64,000 nt of DNA, from contig JANJGN010000004.1 in assembly GCA_026770705.1 (NCBI GenBank), positions 117,986,001 through 118,050,000 on the forward strand, in the 5' to 3' direction. Position 1 is the stretch's first letter. Every line of letters begins with the position of its first letter. Of this stretch, positions 26,141 through 38,825 are shown piece after piece. A model generated the notes under the pieces. The model saw only the letters and a list, made by a program, of their open reading frames with translations. It had not been told where the DNA came from and did not search any database. This DNA comes from Isurus oxyrinchus. Taxonomy: Eukaryota. The translations under genes were made by a program, and so were the position numbers.

Positions 26141-26706
26141 ATTTATAAGAGTTTGAATTTAAAAAGGAGGTCATATTGCCAATTTAATATGTTTAACTGT
26201 GTATAGCTCAGTGCAATAAATAAGCCAGCCAGATTCCATACTTTAACAAGTAAAGAGTTTGTTTTATTGCTAAAACCCACTTGGGTAAAGATGCAGAACT
26301 CATTAACAAAAGGTTTAAAGTCTACAAATATGTTCAACTACCCACTAATGCAAAATCAACACACATGCAACTCCCCCAAGCATGCAAAAATAAAGTACTG
26401 CAGGATATGAGATATTAAAAACTTGGCCAAGTAACAAAGTCAGGAAAAAAACTATTCGCAGATTGTCCAGTTGCTTGTTCACAGCTGAAGGGTGCTGCTC
26501 TACAGTAGTGCTGGTGCTTGGGTTTTCTCACTGAAGACAGTGGTGCTGATTCGGAATTCTCTTTTAAGAACTCTTGGCTTGTAGCAATGAAGTCTTCTGG
26601 TGGGTTTTTCAAATCACAAACTGCTCAGCTTTCAGAGAGGCTTCAGAAGAAAGAAGGATGGAGCTATTGCCCCTGTGGCAGTCTCTGTTCAAAAATCCAC
26701 TACTTT

Positions 26707-27335
26707 GGGCAGAATTTTGCCATTGGCGAGCAGAGGACAGGGCCTGCTCGCTGACGGGTAAAATGACGTGGGGTGATGTCGGGCGGAACCCCAACCTCAT
26801 CCGGCCCCATTTAAATTTTCAGGAAGGCGGGGGCGCAGCAAACTCAATTGGCCATTGACAGGATCATTTAAACAATTAAAGGACCTGCCCGTCCAAACTT
26901 AATGTTGGTGGGTCGGCCCCAGCGGGCAATAGAAAAAACATGAAACCTCATCCACCGGCGGGATGAGGTTTCATGCAGGGTTTTAGAAAGTTTCATAAAG
27001 TTATAGTGTAAATTATGAACATGCCCCATCTCATGTGATAAGGGGGACATGTTAAGAATTTTTTTTATATTTTTAATCTTTTTCAAAGTGGAAGTGATCT
27101 TCCTGAGGCAGCACTTAGCTTCAGGGAGATGTGCGCGTGTGCGAAAGAGCGCAGTCTCGCTTTTGGGGAATACCCCCGCCCGCACAGGAAGCGCATAACA
27201 AGTCACGCTGGATGGGCCTTAATTGGCCCACCCACGTAAAATGGCAGTGTGGCCCACTTCCCTGGCGGGGATCGGCTCCCCGCCCACCGGAGATTGGGTC
27301 GGACCCGCCCGCCCAAGAGGCAGAAAATTCTGCCC
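26707..27335. mobile_element. Non-autonomous DNA transposon (PIF/Harbinger-like MITE)
   Basis: Perfect 12-bp terminal inverted repeats GGGCAGAATTTT / AAAATTCTGCCC, T/A-rich 3-bp flanks (TTT, TAT), CpG-rich body related to 44141-44775. Confidence 0.85.
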
Positions 27336-28580
27336 TATATCTTTTTTTACACTTGAGCTGGATCACATGACTTCTCTCTGTGAGCTCTGTACACTCTGCC
27401 TCTCCATAAAAGCAGCTTGTGCCCTTTGCAAACACAACATAGCTGCAGTAAGTTCTTTGCTCAGGAAAAGTGTTCTTAAAAAAAAAAGTTCAGTGCCTAG
27501 CTATGTCCAGTTGATGTCATAAATTAATATTTTATGTAATACACCTTCATAACATATAATGAAAATGTAAGTGAATAAATACTTGAGATTTGGTTGGCTT
27601 GGCAGGAAGGAGATGAAGCCCGGAATTAACTATTGGGAAGACTGAAACCATTAAATGAATGCAGGATCTGTTAGTACTTTGTGGCCCAAGCAGATCTGGC
27701 GGTGAATGGCTAAAGCAGTTTTCCGCCATATCCATTCAAGTCTGCACCCCCTGACTCTTTGAGCAGCAAACCGGATTACTTGCTATGGGAGGAGAATATT
27801 TGCAAAGGTCACCTGCCCAGTAAAAATGTATCTCCTATTGGAAATGAGTCACAGAACTGTGCAGTTTGCTCACCTGTGCTCCCAGCTGTGAAAAGCTGTC
27901 TTGAGTCTTTATAGGTTCAATTTTTCACCATTTAACAAGTAAATATATTTCACAATAAGGATGATTTTATTTTAATGTGGTTGATTTGTTATGGGATACT
28001 GGAATCTCCACCTTTTAACAATGAAGGGTGCTTTTTAATAAAAAAGGCAAGCAGAATAGTACAAGATTGCTATGCCCATATATATTTTGACACACGGCCA
28101 TCGTAATGGCCTCTGTAACTTAAATCTCACCAAAAAAATACATAACTTTTTAAGTAAAGTGGTGCTTTTGAAATATTATACCAGAACAATAGATTTAATT
28201 ATTTCATTTCCAGTGGAAGCAAATATTTCTGCAGGTATTTTCAGCCGCTGATGCGGCTACTTGATGTTGAAGTTAAATGTCCACACTGTTCCACATGCTG
28301 TAACTAAAGATTAATGTACAGAACTATTTCTGGGCTGCATTGTGATAAATTATTAAATATTTTAATGGTTACACTGCACAGATTTTAAAAAATGTATACT
28401 TACCCTAACCAAACGAACATATGTAACAAAGTAAGGTCTTGCATATGAGAGAATTTATTTTCCAGATAAGTGCTTTCAAATGTGAACATTTTTGGTTGTG
28501 TTTTAATCAGTGAATACTATTCAATCCTTAAGTGCAGAGGCATATTTATTGCAGTAATGTTTTAATTATCTTCTTATTAG

Positions 28581-28683
28581 GCAAAGAAACGGCAGGCTTT
28601 CCTGGAAGAGACATACGGGGGCAGCATGAGAGAGCTAGAACTCCTTTTGGACAATTTTGCTGTGTCAGGCCTACGGACGTCAG
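28581..28683 (+). CDS. CCDC171: CCDC171 coding exon 9: AKKRQAFLEETYGGSMRELELLLDNFAVSGLRTS(G)
   Basis: TAG acceptor, CAG|GTTAGT donor, 103 nt, phase 0 to 1. Confidence 0.95.
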
Positions 28684-31600
28684 GTTAGTTGATGGTATGA
28701 AATGACAGATGCAGCTGTCAGTGTTCCAAGAGCCACTGCATTGTGGGAATTCTGCAGATGCCGCTGTAATCCCTCTTCTCAACATGCAATGATCTGATGA
28801 CAAGATAAGAGTGGTCCTCACAGCAGTGCAGTGGCCAAGCAGGCTGAGAAAAGGTGACAGAATGTAGGTCTGGTGCTGTAGAGCCAGAGCTTGATTTACA
28901 AGTGCTAGGGTCAGCTTGACAGGCAGTAAAGAGTGAGCTTGCTGGCTTATAATTCCTGCAGGGAACAGAGGCCCTCATAGATTTCTAAGTAAAATACATG
29001 GAAAGGAACCAGATGTTTTTTATGTAACTCGAGCCAAAATATTGCAGCATCTCGAGCAACTTAGTAGTTGCCAATTTAGGAAGGTTATTTAGGACAACAA
29101 TGAGTGTTGTTACCTCAGCATTTAAAAGAATAGAAGTGAATATTGTATGTGAGGCATTGGAAAACTTTTCCACTATGGGTCATGTGTGAAATTCTTTTAG
29201 TGTACTGGTTAATGTTTACATTTCAGTAGATAATCCATGGTTTAGTGCGGTTTGCATTTTTTTTTGGATTTGTGGCCTTAAGATTCTTTTGAAAGCAACC
29301 TGTGTTGCATTAAATAGACTTTTTAAATAGTCACTGCATGTGGTTAGATATAGCGAGCATTTTTGCAGCAAAGGACATACTTTTATTCCATACTCAGAGG
29401 AGTCAGTGGGACACTGCTGCAGTGAAAAGGTATTCTACAATGAGGAATCTAGTAAAATTTCTGTCTTTGCCACATTTACTGAGAGTTTGTCTCAATCAGC
29501 ATTCTTTGTGTCGATGCAGTTGTTAAAGGAATGTTCCAGGAAAGCTGTTGCATTCATCAGTAAAATACCAACCCAATAATATGTGATTTTAAAAAAAAAA
29601 ACATTATAAATCCAGCATAAGGTGGTTGGGAGGCCTACTGATTGGGAGCTCCACTTTAATTACATTTCCGGGGCTAGGTGCAGAAGTGTGATGTTTTGTC
29701 ATTTAACCTTGGCTCTCCGCCTCCCTCATTGCTTGCATTGCCTCAGACATGAAGTCAAGGTGAATTCTTCTTCAGAGAGGCCAGACACCTGAAGGTGAAT
29801 TATAACATATTTTTGTAAAATTGTCTGCAGTATATGATATACCACATGAATATTCAAGGTTAGTGATTTTGGTGTTGCCAAATGAAGTATTCCTAATGTT
29901 ATAATTTTTATTGGTGATTTTTAAAGACTAAATCCTTTTTTTTAAGGAGCCATTCATTTATTTTGAACTCTGATTTGCTGAAACCAGCATATTCCTATCT
30001 TTCAGAGCTAATAGTTTATGGTCAGGTTACATTATTGATATAATTATAAGACAGTGCTATGGACAGGAGGGGGTTTAATTTAGAACAGCATTGATTTCTC
30101 CATTCATTACCTGTCCGTAAACAGAAAGGTGTTTTTGATTTTTGAATTCCACCTTTTATAAGAGGTGGCATATGTTCCCCAACCCTTCGGTTTAGAGTGA
30201 TCAAATCCTCTATTAATAACCCCACAGCAAACCCAAGATAAGGTAAAATAAGAGGGTTGGTTTATTTTATACACACAGAAACACACACACGCCCATTTTT
30301 GCATTCCTGCAATATAAGAGGGATGAAGGAAATATAGTTCAAGGCAGACACCATGATAAAAATGAGAATTATGGTTTCACGTGAGTCCAGAATCAAAATC
30401 CAATGAGGAATTCTTTTGCAGAGTTCGGCTGGCTGACAACCAGTGGTGTAAGATTTGCTTTTCTGGTGGTGTTGATGTCCTAAGATGAAGTAGGCATGCA
30501 GAGATTGACTCAGTTCTGTAGGCAATAGTACAAAATCTTCCCAGCAGAGTCAGGTTAGATGGGGGCCAGTTGTCCAACCTGGCCAGAGCTTGCTGCTGTG
30601 TGGCCTGCCTGTCATGTTGAACAGCAGGCTGAAGATGGAATCTAAAAGCTATATAATTAAAGTAATTCAAACAGCTCAAATCTCAGTCACGCGATAGGGT
30701 GGTTTCAGGTCAAGCCATTCAGTGAACAAGGCCTCTTGTTAAAATCCATTGTGTTTTGAGCAGGTAACTGTTGAACCATAAGCACATCGTTGGAGATGAG
30801 TCACAAATGGCTCTGCCTTTGTCCGTAGCTGGCTTGTGCAGACATCTCGTCTACCATCCTTTGTGCTGGCTTGGCTGAAATGTTTATACAATGCAAGGAG
30901 TGTTACTTTCCAGGAGTTTGATGTGTTAGCCTTTGTCCATGTTTAAACTGCTCAGAAACTTCCAGAACTGTCATCAAGTGGTCAATGGTGGCCATTTTAA
31001 GCTCAGCCAGTTGTTCATTATAAAATGATCATTTTTTTAAAAAGTAGTTAGGATGATATAGACATATATATTTTCCTCCCTGTGTTCTGGAAGCGACAAG
31101 AGCAATAGCAGAATAATTATACATGTTACTTAAATCTGGTACTGCAGCAGTTAATGCCATTGATTTTACCATGTTGTCTGCTAATATTAGAATTGCCCAA
31201 AACTTTGAATTAAATGTTAATAATACAACAAAGTGGAAATTTATTGTTTTTTTTAGTTCAGGCCTGTCCAGTAACACAACCACTGTACCACAGCAGTCAA
31301 CTAATTTAAATTAAGCAGTTAAAATAGAGTTAAAAATAGGCTACAATAATAACTCAAATGTTAAGTTTCACATAACCAAATCCCATCCTAATATTATGCA
31401 AGGACCTGTTGCCAGTGATGAGCAATCATTTGAGAAAATTCAATTTGAAGTCAAGCTCAATAGCTAACTAAGCTCTGAAGTATTTTTATTCACCAAGAAA
31501 CCGCAAAACATCAATTGTTTTTAATGTTTTGTATCTAAAGTGGTTTCTGCTTGATAATTACATGTGATAGGTTTTTAAGAAAAGATGTGATGGGCCAAAT

Positions 31601-32639
31601 GGCTTCTAACATGCATACTTATCCTTGCGATGTCTATACCAAGTTAGATGAGTATGAATAGACAGTGGGAATTGCAGTACAGTCAGGTCTTCCCATCTTT
31701 TAGGAACCATTTCCTAGTGAATTTTGATAAATCTTAACTTGAACTGTTGCAAGATCTCATGCTTATACATGCCACTTTTGAAAGCCTTGGGATCATTCCA
31801 ACAGAGCCTCTTTGTGCTTCAAAGCTATGGGCTCTCTGTTAAAGAGGAATGGAAAAATTAGACCAGAATGTTACGCATTCTTCTTTATTAGAAGGTTGGA
31901 ATATCTGTTCAAAGTGCTCCTTAAAAAAATTGATACAGTCCATGCAGTAAAGCCCAGGACAGCAGCTACATTTATTAATGCCTGATGATGTTATGAAGTC
32001 ACTGTGCTCTTCTATTTGGCAGGTCAGCTCAATAAGTAAATATTGTATTCAAATTGTCTCCTTCAATTGTTTTTGTTTCGCATGAGGCTGGAAGGATGGT
32101 TAGTGTTTTCAAAAATGTCCCGTATCTGATAAAAGAGGATAATTTTGATTTAAATATTTTTTCTTTGTTAATTGTATGTTAAGTAAAGCTATTATGTTAA
32201 TTCATTTGGAAAGATTTTTTGCACCTTGTCCACTTAAGATTTAAACCAGTAGGTTAAGTTTGTAATTACAGATAAAGCTGCCCTATCATTTCAGGCATCA
32301 GTAGTATCCCTCCTCTTAGTAATTATTAATGATACTTTTTATTGTTGCAAGGCCGTTCCTAATGTTCTGTGCAAGATTACTGCAAATGCTGACAGGAAAT
32401 AAATAAGTTGCATTATAAGAGAAAGCATTGTCTGTATACATCGTGATTTCCCTTTCATCCTACCCCAACAGAGTTTCTGTTTTTAAGGCTCAACCCTGCT
32501 AGATTCAAAGCAAAGAAAACAGCTTGTAACTTGAAAGCTATAACCATTCTGAATAGATTCATTGGATTTAAGGAAGAAAGAATTCACATTCAACTGTGTT
32601 TATCAGATCCCCATGATAGAGAAGCTGCATTTACTTAAA

Positions 32640-33090
32640 GGAAGAAAGACCTGCATTTATGTAGTGCTTCTCATGAGCACTGGACATCACAAAGTGCTTT
32701 ACACTCAATGAAGTATAGAAGTGAAGTCACCGTAACAATGTAGAAAACATGGCCACTAATCTGTACTCAGCAAACTCCTACAAACAGCAATGTGGTAGTT
32801 ACCAAATGATCTGTATTTTTTATGATGTTGATTGAGGGATAAATATTGGCCAGGACACCAGGATTAAATGCCCTGCTCTTCTTCAAAATAGTGCCATGGT
32901 ATCTTTTTTGTCAACCCAAACAGGCAGATGGGGTCTTGGTTTAACGTCCCATCTGAAAGACAGCACCTTTAACGGCCCCTCAGTCCTGTACTGGAGTGTT
33001 AGCCTTGGTTTTTGTGAAGTCCTGGCATCAGATTTGAACCCAGAATTTTTTTCAGAGGCAAATTGCTACCAATTGATCCATGGCTAACAC
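32640..33090 (-). mobile_element. Near full-length Deu-domain SINE (SacSINE1/AmnSINE1-like)
   Basis: Deu core aaatattggccaggacacc...ctgctcttcttc...gtgccatgg...ggtttaacgtcccatctgaaagacagcacc, tRNA-derived head near 33030-33090, L2-like tail. Confidence 0.8.
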
Positions 33091-33114
33091 ACCATTTAGG
33101 ATCTTTAACTTAGA

Positions 33115-33275
33115 AAAAGGGTTGATTCGGGCAGGTGGCCAAAAGCTTGACCAAAGAGATGGATGGGAAGAAGAGTCTTAAAGAAAGAGAGAGAGACATG
33201 AAGTGTGGTCGTGGAGGTGTTTGGGGCCTCGGCAACTGAAGGTACAGGTGCTGCTGCTGGTGCAATGAGAGGAGG
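33115..33275 (-). mobile_element. L2 LINE 3' fragment
   Basis: Reverse complement resembles 37710-37860. Confidence 0.55.
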
Positions 33276-33324
33276 GTGGGGGGGGGGGGTAGACACATAA
33301 AGATCTGGAGTCAAAGTAATGGAA

Positions 33325-35307
33325 AGACCAAAGCCCGCCCCTCTGTCCCCACCCCGTCTTCTAATCCAAGTCCCGGCCGTGTATTCACCATATCCCCTGA
33401 CCTTCCCCTCTCTGATGCTGAATGTTCAGTGCTCAGCAAAGGACTCAGTTTCATACCCTTACGCCCTCATCTCAATGAATTTTGGGCTCAGCATGATGCT
33501 GAACTCTTCTTCTGCCACCTTCGTCTCTGTGCTCACTTCTTTGGGCAGGAGTCCTCTCCCCGTCCTCTTCTCTAATGTTCTCCCTCCACCTGGACCCCGC
33601 CCTCTGGATTCTTACCTTCTCTTGATCCTTTCATTGAGAACTGTCGATGTGACATCAGTCATTTCAATTTCTCTGCTCCCCTCACACACTCTAACCTGTC
33701 TCTGAATTTGCTGCACTCCGTTCTCTCAGGTCCAACCCTGACATTGTCATCAAACCTGCTGACAAGGGTGGTGCTGTTGTTGTCTGGCGCACTGACCTCT
33801 ACCTCGCAAAGGCTGAGCATCAATTTGCAGACACTTCCTCCCACCTCCCCCTGGACCATGACCCCACCACTGAGCATCAAGCCAGTGTTTCCAGGACTGT
33901 TACTGACCTCATCTCCTCTTGGAGATCTTCCTTCCACAGCTTTCAATCTCATAGTCTTCCAACCTCTACCTCCTACCCAAAATCCACAAATAGGACTGTC
34001 CCAACAGACCGATCGTGTCAACCTGTTCCTGCCCCATGGAACTCATTTCTTGCTAATTTGACTCCATTCTCTCTCCCCTTGTTCAGTCCCTACCCAGCTA
34101 CATCCACAATTCCTCTGACACCCTACATCATTATCAACAATTTCCAATTCCCTGGTCCCAACCGCCTCCTGTTCACCATGGACGTCCAATTCCTCTACAC
34201 CTCCATCCCCCACCGGGATGGTCTGATGGCTCTCTGCTTCTTCCTCGAACAGAGGCCCGAACAATCCCCATCCACCACTACTCTCCTCCGTCTGGCTGAA
34301 CTTGTACTCTCACTGAACAATTTCTCCTTAAACTCTTCTCACTTCCTCCAAATAAAAGGTGTGGCTATGGGTACCTGCATGGGCCCCAGTTATGCCTGTC
34401 TCTTTATGGAGTACGTGCAACATTCCTTGTTCTAGTCCTACTCCAGCCCCCTCCCACAACTCTTTCTCTGGTACATCGATGACTGCTTCGGTGCTGCTTC
34501 ATGCTCTCGTCTGGACCTGGAAAAATTTTATTAATTTTGCTTCCAATTTCCACCCCTCCATTATTTTCACATGGTTCATCTCTGACACTTCCCTTCCCTT
34601 CCTTGACCTCTCTGTCTCAATTTCTCGTGATAGACTGTACACCAGTATTCATTATAAGCCTACCAACTCCCACAGCTACCTCGACTGCAGCTCCTCACAC
34701 CCCGCTTCCTGTAAGGAGTCTATCCCATTCTCTCAGTTTCTTCGCCTCCGTCGCATCTGTTCTGATGATGCCACGTTCAAAAACAGTTCCTCTGACATGT
34801 CTTCCTTCTTCCTTAACTGAGGTTTTCCACGCACGGTGGTTGACAGAACCATGATAGGGTCCCCCTTGTCCTCACTTATCACCCCACCAGCCTCTGCATT
34901 CAAAGGATCACCCTCCACCATTTCCAGCATGATGCCACTACCAAACACATCTTCCCTTCACCCCCACGGCGGCATTCCGCAGGGATCATTCCCTCCAGGA
35001 CACCCTGGTCCACTCCTCCATTAGCCCCTACACATCAACCCCTCCCATGGTGCCTTCCCATGCAACCGCAGAAGGTGTAACACCTGCCCCTTTACTTCCT
35101 CTCTCCTCACTGTCAAGGGCCCAAACACTCCTTTCAAGTGAAGCAGCATTTCACTTGCACTTCCCTCAATTTAGTCTACTGCATTCACTACTTCCAATGC
35201 TGATTCCTGTACTTTGAAGAGACCAAACGCAGGCTGGGTGACCACTTTGCGGAACACCTTCAGTCTGTTTTTGAAAGTGGCATCATCAGAACAGATGCGA
35301 TGGAGGC
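33325..35307 (+). mobile_element. Penelope-like retroelement, degenerate (reverse transcriptase plus GIY-YIG endonuclease)
   Basis: RT motifs FTMDVQFLYTSIP, QIKGVAMGTCMGPSYACLFM and YIDD; thumb SIHYKPTNSHSYLDCSSSHP...SIPFSQFLRLRRICS; GIY-YIG region FTCTSLNLVYCI...LYFEETKRRLGDHFAEH at ~35150-35260. Multiple stops and frameshifts. Confidence 0.93.
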
Positions 35308-35339
35308 TGATATAATTTTAACTTCACATTCCTTCCTAT

Positions 35340-35730
35340 TCATGTTAACTTTTCGCCTCCTGGCTTATCAAGAAGCTATCTATTTCTGTCTTAAGGATGT
35401 TCAAAGACTCTATCTCAACCACCTTTTGGGGAAGGAAATTCCAAAGTGACTCAGCCCTCTGAGAGATGAAATTTTTCTTTATCTGTCTTAAATGGGTGAC
35501 CCCTTATTTTAAACAGTGACCCCTAGTTCTAGATCCTTCCACAAGAGGAAACATCCTTTCCACATCTACCCTGTCAAGTCCTTCAGGATCTTATATGTTT
35601 CAACCAAGTTGCCTCTTGCTCTTCTAAACCCCAGTCAATACAAGCCAAGCCTGTCCAGCCTTTCCTCATGAGGCAACCCACCCTTTCCAGGTATTAATCT
35701 AGTAAACGTTCTCTGAACAGCTTCCAATAC
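35340..35730 (-). mobile_element. CR1 LINE fragment (family A)
   Basis: Collinear with 47900-48250. Confidence 0.85.
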
Positions 35731-36198
35731 GCAGGACAACTCTGACAATAGCTTTCTGATTTTTGCATTTAACTGCTCATGTAGGCACTGGGTGTTACTG
35801 CTCAATAAATAAGAGTGCTGATAGCCTCACCATTACTTGCTTCTAAAGCAAAATACGAGCCTTAAACTTATCAAATAGATGTTTGTGAAGACTGAGGAAG
35901 GGTTTCAAAGGAATGATTTTCTAGTACAATTGGAGATTGTTCATACCAAATTTTTGTCCCTCTGGTGCAGGTGGTACTCTTAGACATTGGTACCCATTTC
36001 AGATTTTTTTTTTGTCATGCTTAGTGGGATAATAAAACTTTAGGTGTTTTCTTGAACTTTTTGATGCAGATGAAAGTTCAAGTGATAGCACAATTAATTT
36101 GGAACATCCAGAAAATTTGCTGATATTTGCTTAACATATACAAAAGAGTGAGGGATTCATTGCCTTATCTGGTGACATTTGCAATTTAACTGTTAACA

Positions 36199-36651
36199 CA
36201 GTGCTTCCCAAACTTTTTCCCAGTGTGACCCCATTTAATGCCTCAGATTTTGTGACCCCAGAGTAAAAATTTTGGGGAGTACAAAATTGTTTCGGGTGGC
36301 AGGCGGAAGGGGAGGCTTCAGTTGTTGGTGGGGATGGCTTTAGCTCTTGACCGGGGTTGGGGGAACAGGAGTTGAGCTTGAGGGGAGTTGATGAAAAGGC
36401 AAGCTTTTTTTTAAAAAGAATGACCACCTATCTTTTTACAGGCTTTTTTTTTTTGCAGCAGCATTCGGGCCTCAGATCAGTCCATTAGGCCTTGCCCACC
36501 AACAAAAAAAATGCAAGGATTTAAATCCCTGACTTGCATCAGTCAGAAATCAGTCCAAGCTCAGCAGCCATTGCTGCCTCTGAACTCATGACCCTAAAAT
36601 CTCATCTCACAATCCCACTGGGGATCGCAACCCACAGTTTGAGAATCCCTG
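36199..36651. mobile_element. hAT (Charlie-like) MITE
   Basis: Terminal inverted repeats CAGTGCTTCCCAAACT / AGTTTGAGAATCCCTG and 8-bp flanks TGTTAACA / TATTAACG (6/8 match). Confidence 0.8.
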
Positions 36652-37119
36652 TATTAACGTGCTTGTTTTAAATCCCTTTGTTTTCAACTTTCCACCTGTG
36701 CTCCTCCTGGCTCATAATTGAGATGTGATTTGGAACAAACTTGTAAACTACCAAGATGACTGGTGCTAAACGATGTCAGAATGGTTAGTTTTATGAGGAG
36801 GTTAAACTACATTCAAAGAATGAGGATGATAATACTTAAAGTAGGCAATTTAATATATGTGCTTAAAGTTATAATGTATTTTCCCAATAATCTCAAACCT
36901 TTTAAACACTGAAAAATACTGTTGCATCTATGGTGTAGCAATAGATTTATTTCTTCCCTCCAGTCACATGAATATAACTGGGAAAAAAACAATGATTAAA
37001 TTCTGCTTATTCTGAAATCTCAACTGATAGGCAAAACTACTGCTTCCTGAAATCACACCTGTGCATTATAATGCATTCCACTCTTGCATACAGATTTGGG
37101 AGCTGAAATTTAATCAAAC

Positions 37120-37965
37120 TAAATATTGGGAAGACTAAAATCATTGTATTTGGTCCCTATCACAAACTCCATTCCCTAGCTGCTCACTCCATCCCTTCTC
37201 CCTGGCAATCTTCTGAGGCTGAACCAAACTGTCACAATGGAGGTGTTGTATTTGGCCCTGAGATGTGAGCTTCTGACCACATATCCATAGCATTACTAAA
37301 AAATCTATTTCCAAAACTGAAGCGTAGTGCTGCAGTTGGGCAGTCTCAGCACATCTGCTACTGAAACCATCATCCATGCTTTTGTTACCTCTAAATTTGA
37401 CTATTCCAACACGCTCCTGGCCACTTCTATCTTCTACCCTCCATAAACTTGTGATCATCCAAAACTCTGCTGCTGATATCCTAACTCCCGTCAAATCTTG
37501 TTCAGCCATCACCCCTGTGTTCACTGACGTACATTGGCTCCTGAGCAACATTTCAAATTTTAAAATTCTCAGCCTTTTTTCCATGACTATTCCTCCCTAT
37601 CTCTGTAGTCTACTACCTTACAACCATGTGCGTTTCTCCAATTCTGGACTCTTGTGAAACACCCCCCCCCCCCCCCCCCCCCCAACCCCCACCACCAAGT
37701 TTTTTTATTTTTCCACCACTGGCTGCTGTGTCTCAGCTGCCGAGGACTCAACCTCTTGAAGTGCCTCCCTAAAATCCTCTGGCCTCCCTACCTCATTTTC
37801 CTCCTTTAAGGTACTCCCTTAAAACCTACCCCTTTGACCAAGCTTTTAGCCATGTGCCATAATATCTCTTTACATGCCTTGTGTCATATTTTGTTTGCAA
37901 ACCTGCATATACAAGCCCTCTGGATATTTTACTTTGTTAAAAGCATTATTAAAATACAAGTTGTT
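37120..37965 (+). mobile_element. L2 LINE 3' fragment with internal poly-C tract
   Basis: IHAFVTSKFDYSNTLLA...KLVIIQNSAA...ITPVFTDVHWL is the L2 ORF2 C-terminus. Confidence 0.85.
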
Positions 37966-38621
37966 GTGGAAAAAGGTTGCCTTTGCATTTTTTTCAAACT
38001 TGTTCAAGTGCCATATTGTTTCCATAAATTTCCTCAATATAACAGGATCAGGAAAAGACCATGTGTTTGATAAAAATTGGGTTCACGCCAAATTTACACA
38101 CCGTTGTAATTTCCTCTGACCATCTGTCCTTTGGAATTGTAGAAACAATTTTTTTCTTGTCCCATTCATGAAAAGTAACTGTTGCTCATCAGGTTAGTTT
38201 GACTAAACAGATTAGCAATGCCAAGTTTTTAACATTGCAAATCAGAGATGCAGTATCATAATGCATACCTGATCCAATTGATACAAATTAGAAGAATATA
38301 ATTAGAATTATATCATTTATAGCAGTTTCAGGGTGACATTAACATAGAAATCTTACATTTTGGTGAATAGCTGCAAGGAGGAAATGAGATCAATGCATCA
38401 TTTACCAGATTGGTTTATTGAAACATGACAATAAAAAATTAGCTCTATTTCTATGTTTTGCTTGTTGTGCAATTCTTGTTATACTGTAAGCTCTTCATAA
38501 CTTCAGACCTCATTAAGCATGCAATATCTCCCTGTTCAGTAAATCTATAAATGCACTGATAGGGACTGATATTGACTCATTCTGTAAGTTGTTTGTGAAA
38601 TTTAGTGGTTTTTAGACATAG

Positions 38622-38825
<204 letters not shown>

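Noticed and set aside
30020-31395. Possible large solo LTR
   Set aside because: The composition is LTR-like, but I could not identify TG...CA termini or a TSD.
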